Positions 49,502-61,566 of a stretch of DNA of 64,000 bases are shown in pieces. A program made the translations under genes and the position numbers. The stretch is taken from positions 24,056,001 to 24,120,000 of the forward strand of contig CM059447.1 in NCBI GenBank assembly GCA_030390025.1, given 5' to 3'. The notes below the pieces were generated by a model that ran no database searches, was not told where the DNA came from, and saw nothing but the letters and a program-made list of their open reading frames with translations. Source of the stretch: Squalus acanthias. Its lineage: Eukaryota. The number at the start of each line of letters is the position of its first letter. Position 1 is the stretch's first letter.

Positions 49502-50989
49502 GAGATATTTACAATGTTAAGCAAAATGGGGCAGGCACGGAGTTTGGGTAGTCAGGAGTTTAGTGGGATGGAGTTAAGGGAGGGAGCAGCAGGTAGGTCT
49601 CAGCTGGAATGAGCTTGGATAGAGCAGGGGGGCGGACATGAGGGAGAAAGTTTATGCTCAGTTAGCTGATCTCAGCTGGGGAAGGAGTGGGCAGACCACA
49701 ATTGACCTCAGCACCCCTGCACTATTGTGGTGGGAATTGGCCAGGACTGCTGCTAGAAGTGCATAAGGGCTAGATTTGAACTATTGAGCAGGCGACCGGT
49801 GGAGCACGCCAGCCAGCTACCTGTTCCGGCAGTGAAGAGGATGGAGCCATTTTGAGGCAAGGCCCTCATTTAAATAGAAGCAACGTGAACGGGCTGCAGC
49901 TCGCTGGATTTGGCCTGGTGCAATATCACGTGGCCCAGCCAGCAGCCAAGGTAGGCCCTGGAGGGATAGCAATCACGGGGAAGTGGGGACAGTGTGGGGG
50001 GAAGAGAGTGAAACCCAGAGCGCCAGTTGACCAAATTATTTTTGTCTGGCTTGGAAGAGCACTCCTGCTCCTCATTGCCCCACATGCCATAATAAGGTTT
50101 TCCTGTCATACGAAAGAAGGAGTATAGCCCACAAAATTATTCAAACTTATGTTTTTGGACCTCTTTGGCTGTAGTGGCAATAAAACGTGCACACGTACAC
50201 TCAATCAGTTCTGTCATAAAATGGCAATCGGTGTCCTATGCCCGCCCCCGTCATCAGACCCCGATTTATATATTAAAACGGGCCAATTGTCTGAAACAGG
50301 CAGACGCTTCGACAACCCAGGAGTAAGCACTTGTAAAAATGGCGGGGTCCCAAAGCATCAGCATTAACGGGACGCTGACTACAAACCCCATTTTAAGGCC
50401 ACTACAGACCCAGTGACGCCAAGTTAAAATTGGCCCTTAAGTGTCAGGCATGGTTGTGAAGCATCCCATTGTTAAGTAGCCTGCTAACATTCATAGCCAA
50501 GGCCGACACAGGAGTAATAGAGCATGTTGGGCAACCATAGAACAATAATGCAGCAAGGAGTCAATGCCTTCTACAGAGGGAAGGGTAGAATCTGTTAAAA
50601 GGAAAGCTATTAACATACAAGTGACACTATGTATGAAATTAGCTATCCAAGTGTTTGTGCTAAGATAATGAGCTTCAAAGCACACATTTTCCAAAGGCAG
50701 GATGCAAGATTTGCATGAACTAGAACTGGTTTTATGGAATTCTTATTTGACAAACTCTGAATAATTAATTTCCTGTTCAGGAATATCTGGAAAGCACTAA
50801 CGATTGCTCATTCTGATACAGGTATGGGATCATCAAAGTTAGTTTATACTAAGAGCAAAACTGGGCTCAGACTCCATGATTTTAGTGGAGCTTTAACTTA
50901 AATCAGAGACTCTGTTATTTTGTAAATCTCTTCGTGATAAGGTTTTCCTCGAGATTCTTACACAGCATTTGCTGTAATTAGTGTACCGA

Positions 50990-51071
50990 GTAGTCATGGC
51001 CGAGTGGTTAAGGCGATGGAATAGAAATCCATTGGGGCCTCCCAGCGCAGGTTCGTATACTGCCGACTACA
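50990..51071 (+). pseudogene. tRNA-Ser(AGA)-derived pseudogene
   Basis: GTAGTCATGGCCGAGTGGTTAAGGCGATGGAATAGAAATCCATTGGGG..GCAGGTTCGTATACTGCCGACTAC follows the vertebrate tRNA-Ser pattern, but the B-box/T-arm is damaged (GTTCGTATAC). Confidence 0.8.
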
Positions 51072-51087
51072 ATTCCCATCAGTTTAA

Positions 51088-51545
51088 AGTGTCAGCTGTG
51101 GCTCAGTTGGTAGCACACTTACCTCTGAGTCAGAAGGTTGTGGGTTCAAAGTCCCACTCCAGATACTTGAGCATAAAAATCTAGGCTGACACTCCAGTAC
51201 TGAGGGAGTGCTGCACTGTCAGAGGCGCCGTGTTTTGGATGTGATATTAAACCGAGGCCCCGTCAGCCCTCTCAGGTGGCCATAAAAGATCCCATGGCAC
51301 TATTTCGAAGAAGAGCAGGGGAGTTATCCCCCGGTGTCCTGGCCAATATTTATTTCTCAATCAACATCACTAAAACAGTTTATCTGATCATTATCACATT
51401 GCTGTTTGTGGGAGCTTGCTGTGCGCAAATTCGCTGCCGCGTTTCCCACATTACAACAGTGTACTTCATTGGCTGTAAAGCGCTTTGGGACATCTGGTGG
51501 TCGTGAAAGGCGCTATATAAATGCAAGTCTCTCTTTTTCTTTTAA
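51088..51545 (+). mobile_element. Full-length tRNA-derived SINE (DeuSINE-like)
   Basis: A box TGGCTCAGTTGG, B box GGTTCAAAGTCC, central domain and GCGCTATATAAATGCAAGTCT tail. Confidence 0.8.
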
Positions 51546-51790
51546 GGAGAAAGATACATCTATTGTGGGAAAAATAGTCTAGAATTTTAGCAAATGAACA
51601 AAGCAGATAAACATGATAATCATGTTTATTAAACTTTACAAGGTATGTCATCTTTGCACATAATCTATAATACAAAACAGTGATAAAGTAAAAAAATTCA
51701 TACTTTTTAAAAATGTATTTACTTATGTTAGTCACCAAAAAATACGACCCAGCATCTCAGTCAAATCGGATTTTACAATAAAATTGTACA

Positions 51791-51796
51791 TTTATT
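51791..51796 (-). terminator. Candidate polyadenylation signal of copy B
   Basis: Minus-strand AATAAA ~820 nt downstream of the stop codon. Confidence 0.4.
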
Positions 51797-52618
51797 CGCT
51801 TGTATCGATTGGCTTCAACTGTGCCATAGGACAAAGCAGTAAATCAATATGTTGGAGGACAAAGTAGAAGATCAACTTGATTTACATTAAAGTGATTTAC
51901 AGTCATTATTAATATGTAAATATAATTGTCCATTTGCACAATTTTGAAAATAAGGCGATCCTCTCTCTACTTCAGTTTTCCCATGTAGCCGCCAGCAACC
52001 ACATTTCCCCTTTCACTGAGAGGGAAGTCCAGTCCAGCACACAAACCTTTTCACGATATTTCTGTAATCAACCAACAGGAAGCATATTCTCAAAGTACAA
52101 CTGGGCCTAAATTTTCTTCCCCTTTTACAGTGTAGTGATGTCACGCACTGATCCATTTACTATCCCAGCTGTAAAATAATGATACTCCTTGAATGAGACC
52201 AGCCAGGATTGAGGGCGAAGCTCTCTCGTGTGCAGTCTTCTGTTTGGGGACCCAGTGATTTACCAATGGCGCTAGTAGACAACCAATATGTGGCATTGTC
52301 TCTTTATAGACAAAACTAATAGTGAAGAGTTCAGCAAAGTGCCACAGGTCAATCAGGTTTACTATCCTGGACAGTAACTGCATTTAAAAAAATAGATGTC
52401 ATTGGAGAGGAAAGTGACAGTGCTTGAATTAATCGGTGTGATGTAAATTCACATTTCATTATTCACATGTTACAAAAAGGACATGGCTGGGCTGTACATT
52501 TGAAGCATCATGTCACAAAATGTTCTTAAAGTAGTCCATGACATTGATGTCAGTGCATTCTTCACAAATAGAAATAAGAATTATTCATTTCGATCACTAT
52601 TAAACATCAGCCTTCTGG

Positions 52619-55600
52619 TCACTTGGCATCTGTTAAAAAAAAAATAGAAATTATGAAAACAGTGACACAAGTCCTTCAAAAAATAAGCTAATGTTTGAAA
52701 TCACACCTACCATTGGGATTGTGGATTCTTCCCCAATTACTGAAAGAAAAAGCAAAAAAAAATAATTATTTCTGGTACACAAAATCTGATTTAAATTAAA
52801 GTTTCCAGCTGTGAAAATTTGCAGTTCATTATTTCTTATAGTTCCAAAACTTCTAATCATGTATAAGGATGTAATGCCGGCTTTGCCAGCGACACCCACA
52901 ACTAGACAATTCTTTTTAAGTTTCAGTTCCTACTTAAAGAATGTTTCCTTCCTTCCCCTCACCCATTTAATTTTCCCTATACCAAACACCATAACTTGGT
53001 ACTTGAGACACCACAGGGGACTTTTTCCCACATCTCTTCCAACGCTGCTCGATGGCTGGATATGGCTCAATAGAAGGTGCACCAGAGCAGCTCAGTGTGA
53101 CTCATCTGTGGCTGTTCTTCCTTCTCTCGGTGGGAGAGAGGTCGGTGGGGGGGGATGCATGGCTTATGTTGGCACATTACCTACTCCCTCTTCACCCAAC
53201 TACTTTATCCAACTACAACATAAGGAAATCTGAAGATTGTAACTAATTCGGCAACATTCTTAGCTTTAGACGCCTCTAGATTTCACTTGAGCAAACTATT
53301 CAGCAAACGTTTTCCTGCTCAGTAAGATAAGGGTATTGAACTTCCAGTGGTTCAGTCAACAGCTTATCTAAGTCACACAACTCTGGGAAGTGAATTAGAA
53401 GGACAGAAGACATTCAAAGTGTTTCAGATTCTGTTGCATCTTTCTTTTTATTAAGCCTTGGAACTTGCACGGTTGGCACAACATATGGTTAAACTGAATT
53501 GTCAGGCTGCCAGATGATGGGCTTATTCAAAAGAAGCACTAACCAAAAGTATTTTAAAACATAAGATGATGTCATAATTTATGTAATAAAGACTCAAATG
53601 TTTTAAAAGAAATCAGAAACATTTACACAACCATCATACCTGGACAGAATTTTCTCCTCAAGCGCAAAACTGTCAAGATGGCTATTCCAGATAAAAGTGC
53701 TCCAACAATGACAAAGATTGCTGTGATAACCTTATTCTTTTTCTCTTCACTTTGGCGACCATGATTAGGTAGATCCAAGACTGGAACTGAAAATTTTCGG
53801 AGGAAAACATAATAAATTGTAAATTCCAGCTTCAATCTTTGTATGCATAATGATGTCATTCATTTCTATTCTCTATGACTATATTAATTATCAATAGATA
53901 TGTTGAAGTTCAAACAACACTGTGAGGAAAAGGACTGCAACAGTTTAAAAAGAAGCCCCACAACCTTCTCAGGGAAAATAGTCATGAGCATTAAGTACAG
54001 TCTTGTAGCATTGCCCACATCTTGAGAACAAATAAAAACAATATAAATTCTTTAAAAAGCCATTTTCTGAGATTGTTTTGAATAAATACTATGAACTTAC
54101 TTGGAAAGTGTTTCTGCACCTCGTATTTCTCCTCTTCCACATTCCACACGGCACAAGTATAATTACCTTCCAGGGCACTTTCCGCTACTTTGATTGGAAG
54201 CGTGCTGGTGATCTTGAGCAGCCCCTGTCTGGTTTTCACACTACTACTTTTAGCCTCGAATGTGAGATTCCTTTTATCATAGACAAACCAGTGAATTTGA
54301 GCCAGTGGGTATCCAGTCGTTTCACAAGTGAGGGTTGTTGTTCTCATTGTTCTTGTGAGATTTGGGAATAAGGTCACTTCTGGCAAACTGTACAGTGCTG
54401 AAAAAGATAATTACATTGATATTAATGTAATGAGAGAGAGCTGTAGAATAATGCAGGGGCGGCTTTTACACTGCCCCGCCCAACCCAGCAAAAAATAACA
54501 ACTATTCTTGGTAAACAATAATTCCTAGATTTATGACATTAGTCTGGTTATATTCAGGTTATGATGCAGAGATGCCGGTGTTGGACTGGGGTGGACAAAA
54601 TTGAGAGGTCGCACAACACCAGGTTATAGTCCAACAGTTTTATTTGACTTCACCTGAGGAAGGAGCAATCGATAGCTCCGAAAGCTTGTGATTTCAAATA
54701 AAACTGTTGGACTATAACCTGGTGTTGTGCGACCTCTCAATTATATTCAGGTTACCTTAGGTTAGGGCTGTGATAGAGGAAAACATTTCATGGTACCAAT
54801 TTGTCATTTTGATCTGATTTCTGAATACCTGAATTTGAAACTGTTCAGGGAGTTTCAGAGTAGGCTGCACCTTTCTCTATCATTTTTGTCTAATTTAGAA
54901 AGTAGCTTGTTCATACATCTTGCATATTTTTCTGGTGTACATCTGTGTCCTCTGCCAATCTAGTGATGGATTTGCACTGATATTATTGCTTAATTAGTAT
55001 GGATAGGTAAGGAATGAAGCAGGATTTTATAAATCCCAAAATCCACCATAATTTAATCTGGTACAGTCTAACGCCCATGTTAACTCACACATTTGCCATG
55101 TTTTAACAATATTAAAAATGGAAAATAAGAAATTGCTTTCTTAAACTGTAAACTCAAAAAAAATATACTGTAGCATTCACTCGCCACAGCACTGTTCAGC
55201 AGCATTACAAAATCGTGTTATTGAATGGGAGTTTTTTTTTAATGTTGCTGCTGATTGAAAATAGATGAATGTATTAGCTTGAATCAGTTGCCATTTTAAT
55301 TCTCTGTTCCACTCGCACTCCGACCTCTCTGTCCTCGGCCTTCTACACGGTTCTAATGAAGCTGAACGGAAGCTCGAGGAACAGCACCTCATCTTTCGAT
55401 TAGGCACTTTACCGCCTTCTGGACTCAACATTGAGTTCAACAATTTCAGATCATAACCACCGCTGCCATTTTTTCGTACAGCAGGTAATGGTTCTGTTGT
55501 TGCCACTTACAGCTCCTCTAGACCCATCTTTTGTTTCTTTACTTGTCCCATTACCATCCCTTTTTACCTTGCACCATCATCCCTTTTGTCATTTAATCAC

Positions 55601-56942
55601 TCCAGCCTTCCACCCTATCACAGACCTTCCCTTTTGTTCTTTCCTCTCTCCTCCCACCCCCCGACTTTTCCTGCCTCTGTACTTGCATAAAACCTGTTGC
55701 ATTTGTAACATTTTCCAGTTCTGACGAAAGGTCAATGACCTGAACCGTTAACTCTGTTTCTCTCTCCACAGATGCTGCCTGACCTGCTGAGCATTTCCAG
55801 CATTTTCTGTTTTTAGTTCAGATTTCCAGCATCCGCAGTATTTTGCTTTTGCGTTGGAACCAATCCCACTTCGGAGTAAGAAGGCTGTGCATTTAATGTC
55901 CCACTATGCACTTAGGAACATCATCTCGCCTAGCACTTCAATGCAGTACTGAGGGAGCATGCATTGTTGAAAATGTCATCTTTCGGATGAGATATTAAAT
56001 TGGGATCCCCATCTACCTGCTCAGGTGGATAGAAAAGATCCTGTGGCACTATTGAAACAGGAGCAGGTGTTCTCCAGGTATCCTGCCCAACATTTGTTGT
56101 TCAACTATCACCACCAAAAAACAGATGAGCTGAGGATTCATTCAGTCATTTGCTGTTTGTGGAACTTTTCTATATGCAAGTTGGCTGCTGTAATTGATTA
56201 CATAACAGCATTGGCTGCACTTCAAAGCAATCAGTTGCTGTAATAGGTTTTGGGATGTTCTGAGGATGTGCAAGGTGCTATACAAATGCACAATCATTCT
56301 TTCTTTCCTCCCCAATCATGACCCACATTATAACATTCTGTTTGCCTAATGCACATGTCAAGCTTTTATAGGATTAGAATAAAACTGGAATTTGTTGCCA
56401 ATTAGAGGCAACCAATATTCTACAAGAAAAAACTAGCAGAGAAAGTACACTTTAACCCACCTTTAACCTTCAGTGTGATGTCTTGACTGTCGTAACCAGC
56501 AACAGTTTCCAAATAATATTGATAGCTTCCACTATCTGACACTTGTGTTTTCTCAATTACCAGTGATATATCTTGTGAATCTTGAAGGAATTTAATTCGA
56601 CCCTGAGCTCCTCCGACACTTCCCTCTGAGTTAAAGACAGGTGTTATTTTTTCACCTTCTCCATATTTACTCAGTTCGATGAAACTAAACTTGTTCACCT
56701 TTGTTGATTTGAATGTGCATGGTAGTATGGTGTCTTCATTAAATATTCCTGTCACTGAATGGTCACAATCTAAAGTCACGAACTCTGAAAAACAATCATT
56801 TTTTATTAAGTCAGATTACCTCAATGACAATCGGTGTTGAATGAGTTATATACTGAGAAGCACTTCAGTACTTACTCTGTGCAGAAGGTGTGCTTGCGTA
56901 TAAGATGACATAAAGAAGACTTATTGTATGGTATGAACCCAT
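52619..56942 (-). CDS. SECTM1-like / B7-family IgV-IgC type I membrane protein, copy B (~292 aa)
   Basis: Exons: leader 56876-56942, V 56461-56784, C 54101-54397, TM 53640-53786, cytoplasmic 52707-52739, terminal 52619-52629 (DAK*). Splice sites are canonical and the frame is open (879 nt). Confidence 0.85.
53640..53786 (-). CDS. Copy B transmembrane exon
   Basis: IPVLDLPNHGRQSEEKKNKVITAIFVIVGALLSGIAILTVLRLRRKFCP. Confidence 0.88.
54101..54397 (-). CDS. Copy B IgC exon (B7/PD-L1-type)
   Basis: ALYSLP..LTCETTGYPLAQIHW..ITSTL..NYTCAVWN; 297 nt. Confidence 0.9.
54562..54740. mobile_element. Short Penelope-type insertion with internal inversion and 14-bp TSD, specific to copy B
   Basis: TTATATTCAGGTTA is duplicated at 54548-54561 and 54741-54754 but single in copy A (~40681). 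Inverted arms of ~47 bp surround a hammerhead-like core. Confidence 0.85.
55287..55852 (+). mobile_element. Penelope-like element 3' fragment (GIY-YIG endonuclease C-terminus and 3' UTR), specific to copy B
   Basis: Encodes CHFNSLFHSHSDLSVLGLLH..RKLEEQHLIFRLGTLPPSGLNIEFNNF*, followed by CTGACGAAAGGTCAATGACCTGAACCGTTAAC. Confidence 0.85.
56461..56784 (-). CDS. Copy B atypical IgV exon (SECTM1-like)
   Basis: 324 nt; matches copy A except for 5 substitutions and a one-codon deletion. Confidence 0.9.
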
Positions 56943-58649
56943 TTCCAGACTTCAGTTCACCTGCTGATCTAAGGACAATACAGAAAAATCATTAAACACT
57001 CAGGGATCTAATCAAACCTGATTTCACTTTTCCTTTGTATCATTAGTTAGGTTTTGACAGGAATTTCAAATAACCATATATCACTGAACTAAAACTCACA
57101 TCAGATACACTTGTAGTGCTAGAAAATTTTGAATGATCAGAATTATTTCACGTGTTACTGTTAAAACTAAGTGCATTTTGTAGTGTTTTCCTACAATTCT
57201 CTAGCAAGAATCCCAGAATCTGTGAACTGACAACAGTATACAAATGAAATCGGTAATAACTCCAGACTTCATTTATTATTAGCACTTCTTTTCTTGGTAA
57301 TATTCTCCACTGCCCTCCTCCTCTGTAGTCGTTGACTCCATGAGAGAGAGTATTCAGTTCCACTGGCAAGAGTTGGTTTTTGATACTTCACTCAATTGGC
57401 CATTATTCATTGTGCAAGCCCTGATATAAAAGGGCAGATTTTTCGTGGAGGTTCCCCGATCTCCCACCATAACCTCAGTGGAAGATCAGTGGAAATCCTG
57501 TTTGGAGGAGTGAGTGTTGGCAGGTTATTCCATCACAGGTTGCATTGCAACTGAACAGTCAGGACAATGCTAGAGCTCCACAACCAGGGATTAAAACCCA
57601 GACCTTCCTGGTCTCTCTACAGCTCAGCAATTACTGGATAAACACAATGTGCAATCAGTCATGACTCATTTAACTAACCTAATACTTTTCTAGTTTATCT
57701 CTGTGTTTAACAATCTCTGAATGTTTCCCAGCAGTTCCATCGGCTGCCCGAGTTTATAATTTAAGGTGGTGCATGGTGCTAATGCAACAAGGCTACATTT
57801 TTCGGGCTATGTACCCAAGAAATTAAGCCAGTTCAGCAGTTTTATTGCACATCTTAAGTCAGTGAGGAGGCCAATGTCCACATTGCACCAATGCAAGAGG
57901 TAACTGGGGCATAAATCTGTTGATGTTTCTGGCATAAGAAGCAATACAGATTACTGATGAACTACTGCTCTCTAATGGAGCCACATAAACTAATGGACTG
58001 CACTTGAGATTGTTTTTTTTTAGCTTTCCACTTTCCAGCACGAGTTATTTGATAGAGACCAGCAGTGGGATCTCTGGCTGCTTTTACTCCTTTCTAGTTA
58101 CAGGAATACTGAGGCTGATTGTACTGAAAATGTTAAACTGTTTACTGCATTTATTTCTGTTGAACCAATATCCGCCCCCCCCCCCTCCCCTCCACCATCC
58201 CTTAACCCAATTTTCCTCAATTATTTTGCGGTTGCAAGAGGCAGTTTCTGGTTCCAAACATCCGGGCTTTTTAACTTCTAAATCTGAAAATAAAGTTAAG
58301 GGAATTGAACCCTTTCATATATTGCAGTGAAAGTAACAGTATGTCAGAGATTGCTGAGAGATAGTTTGCTCACAGATGCTTATTTGTTTGATGTGAGTTA
58401 CTGTTTTAAAGTCCAAAATGTAGGGGCTCATTTATCTCTGATTTTAGTACAGCGACCTTCCCAAAGCAAGCCACAGAGACCGACACACACACATATTCAC
58501 ACACACACAATGTTTTACAGAAGTATCAAGGAAGCAATATGCTTTAAGTTTTTGAATGTCAGACTGTACCTTAGTTCCAACCACAATGCGGAGATCCAGC
58601 CAGCTCAACACGAAACAGGGGTTCAAATTGACCCAAGAAAAGTCACCAT

Positions 58650-59045
58650 TCAAATTCCGAGAATTTGACATATGTTGCGAATGATTCCGGGATCTCGGCG
58701 CGGAGTATCTGCTCAGATGAATTGGAACCAAGCGCTGGGATCTGCGAGGAGCGAGTGGGACTGTCGGCTCGATCCACTCTCCAGTCTGGGAGAGCGACCA
58801 GCGCCTGTTACCTTGTGTCAGTACAAACAGTGACCAAGGTTGTCTGGAGCTCCTCCACTGTCTCTCTGCACACCTGTGCTGTTGAAAATGAACACAGAAA
58901 ACAGCTGGCTCTCCCGCTTTCCCCCCTCCTTAAACTTTCTGTTTCGATATGAGTGGATAGCAGCCAAGTTGGCAAAGGAAGAGTTTCGATGGAAAAATAA
59001 CCCAAATGTGCCTGAGGTGTCACTGAACTTTCCCCACCAGCACTG
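58650..59045 (-). promoter_or_regulatory. Putative promoter and non-coding exon 1 of copy B
   Basis: Donor at 58812, ISRE at 58934-58945, GAS at 58655-58663; nearly identical to copy A. Confidence 0.6.
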
Positions 59046-59911
59046 TTGGTTGTGATAAACCTTGAATTACCCAGATGAATATGATAAATAAAACATCCTT
59101 CGAAACATATTTCAATAACAGAATTTGATAGTTTTCATTCCAGCAAGGGGAGCTATTCTCTCACGTTGAAAAAAGTCGAACGGTTCCTTTACTGAAAACA
59201 CTAGATGGAGTGCAAGCCCAATGCAGCCATATCATTAGCTGTGTAATAGATTCCCTCATTGTACCTTTACCTGAAGAAGGGGCAACAGCTCCGAAAGCTC
59301 GTAATTTTAAATAAAACTGTTGGACTATAACCTGGTATTGTGCGACTTCTCATTTATATCATTAGCTGGAATGAGATCTGTCAATATAAAATATAAAAGA
59401 CAATAATGTTCGTTCTAAAATTGTAACTTTCCTACTGAAAATAATCTTCATTGTGTTCTTTCTGTAAGAACTTTTGCTTAAAGAGAAAAAATAAAGTTTT
59501 GCTGCTTTTTTATAATCCAGGGAGTCTCTCTCTGCGTCACTGTGGAGTCAGCTCAGGCCCGAAATCGCAATTAGGAGCTGTGTTGAAACAAGTCAGGACA
59601 GTCGCACAGCGCTGGACAACAGAGTGGAGGCACTGGAGGAGGAAGGCAAGGTTGACTATGTCGAAGGTTGCAGGTCATGAAGGAAGAATAATGTACCACA
59701 GTCACAGTCAGAGAACGTCATTTGGTGATTTTATTTCCGGAAATAAAACTAGAAGATTTGATTGCTGAAGAGAGATAAAAAAAACAAAATTCATTTCCGA
59801 GATGTGGGCGTCGCTGGCAAGGCCAGCATTTATTGCCCATTCATAATTGCCCTTGAGAAGGTGGTGGTGAGCCGTCGCCTTGAATCGCTGCACTCCGTGT
59901 GGTGAAGGTAC

Positions 59912-61566
59912 TGTAAGGGATTTGCGGCTCTGTGCTTCACCTGGGTGCTAGTGCGGGGTTAGGCCTTATTGCCTGCTCTGGTCTCCAGCCAGCCTTGTAG
60001 CACTAGACACCTGTGAGTGGTTCGACCCACTCGCCCTTACAGTTCTGACACTGGACTTAGGTGCGAGAGCAGTAATGCAGAGAAAACTCAGGTAGACTCG
60101 GTTGAATAGTACGAAATGGAAAATCTTTATTGCATATTGTTCAAGATTACGAAATACATGTCATAAACACAGATTAATGACAGTACAAGCTTACATAAAT
60201 CTATAAAACTAGGTTTAGGGAAATGAGGAGCGCACGACACATCGTAAAAGGGGACACACATTATAATTATCCTTAATAAAATCACCCTCCCCTATCAATG
60301 CCTGCTCTAATCTAGATCTGTAGGATCGAGAAACATGCTCACCACTCGTGACACCTCGGAGAATTCTACAACGGTGCTCGGCTGTTTTCGCCACAGCACC
60401 TGACTATTCACGTGTTGATCAGGGGTCTCTGTACCCCACTTATTTACTCGCTCTGCTCCGGCTAGCAGGCTGGAACGTCTGCTGTCATGAAGATCTGTGT
60501 TGACCTCGGATTCCTGATAGAATTCGAAGGAGAGTTCTCCTGTGCCGACACCGGTTGTCGGTAGAACTCGAAGAAAAGTCTTCTTGGGCCAGTTCGTGTA
60601 GTAACCTATAGAGTTCAAAAATGGTCAATGTATTTTCGGGCGCGGTCGGGGTTTACTGACCGCGGCGGCACGTGTAGTCGTCTTCTTCTTCTTGTCTTGT
60701 TTCGTTTCGTCGGGCCTTCGAGTCCCTACACCGTTTACCGACCCTCGGGATGGTGCACCCGCTTACTGGCCTTCGCAGTCCAGCTCTTCACAGATCTTCG
60801 CGGCAAGCCACGAGGTCGACTCCAGAAAAGATCCGTGGAACAAGAGTTCGATGGACAGCAAGAGCACGCGAGTTCGGCCCGAGTCGATAGTCAGCAGAGA
60901 TAAGAGTCGAGAGGATAAGAGAAAGATGGACGTTTGTTCACTACAGTTATAGTACTGTAATTCTTTATCTCCCGCCCAATCTTAATGTTCATCTTTTGTC
61001 ATGTTTTGGCGCTCAAACTTCTTGTATGGGGTGGTTCTTGTCTTTAATGGGTTTCGGTGATACTTGTAACTGGCTAAATACCCGTTAATGTGTCTCCCAT
61101 TGTGGAACCGGCTAGGAGTCTCCCTGGAGGGGTTTTGGGGGCCTCCAAATTCTTGTGTAAGCACCCGCAAATGGCTCTCTCATTGTAGAGCTGCGGGGAG
61201 TTTTTGGATTAATGTCTATGGATGGGCCTCTGATTGCCCAGTACAATAGTCTCTTGCTTGTGCCTGGAAAATGCTTCCAGCACTTATATTTCTTGCTTTT
61301 GTGTCAAAATGCAAATCGATCGCGTCTTGTCTTATATCAATATATGCTGAGTATTGTCCGATCTTGCTGAAATGTTTATTGGAACGCCATCTTGTCTGCC
61401 TACTGAAAAGTCTAGAAACTTCTGCCATGAGGCGCGGCGGCCATTTTACAGGCTTCTTGTGTCCGTTTTGAAACCTGACAGCATTTTGCTGAAATAAAAC
61501 TGTTTTAACGAATCTGTATCTCTCTTTCTCGTTATTTCAAAATTGCGATAATTTGTGAATTTTACA
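59912..61566 (-). mobile_element. Solo LTR within a LINE fragment (duplicate of 47245-48899)
   Basis: Same termini, GTAC TSD and length; host LINE spans ~59780-62170. Confidence 0.8.

Noticed and set aside
38251-56942. Assigning the symbol CD274 (PD-L1), CD276 or SECTM1 outright
   Set aside because: The C domain is B7-like but the V domain is atypical; orthology needs synteny and phylogeny, so the symbol was left blank.
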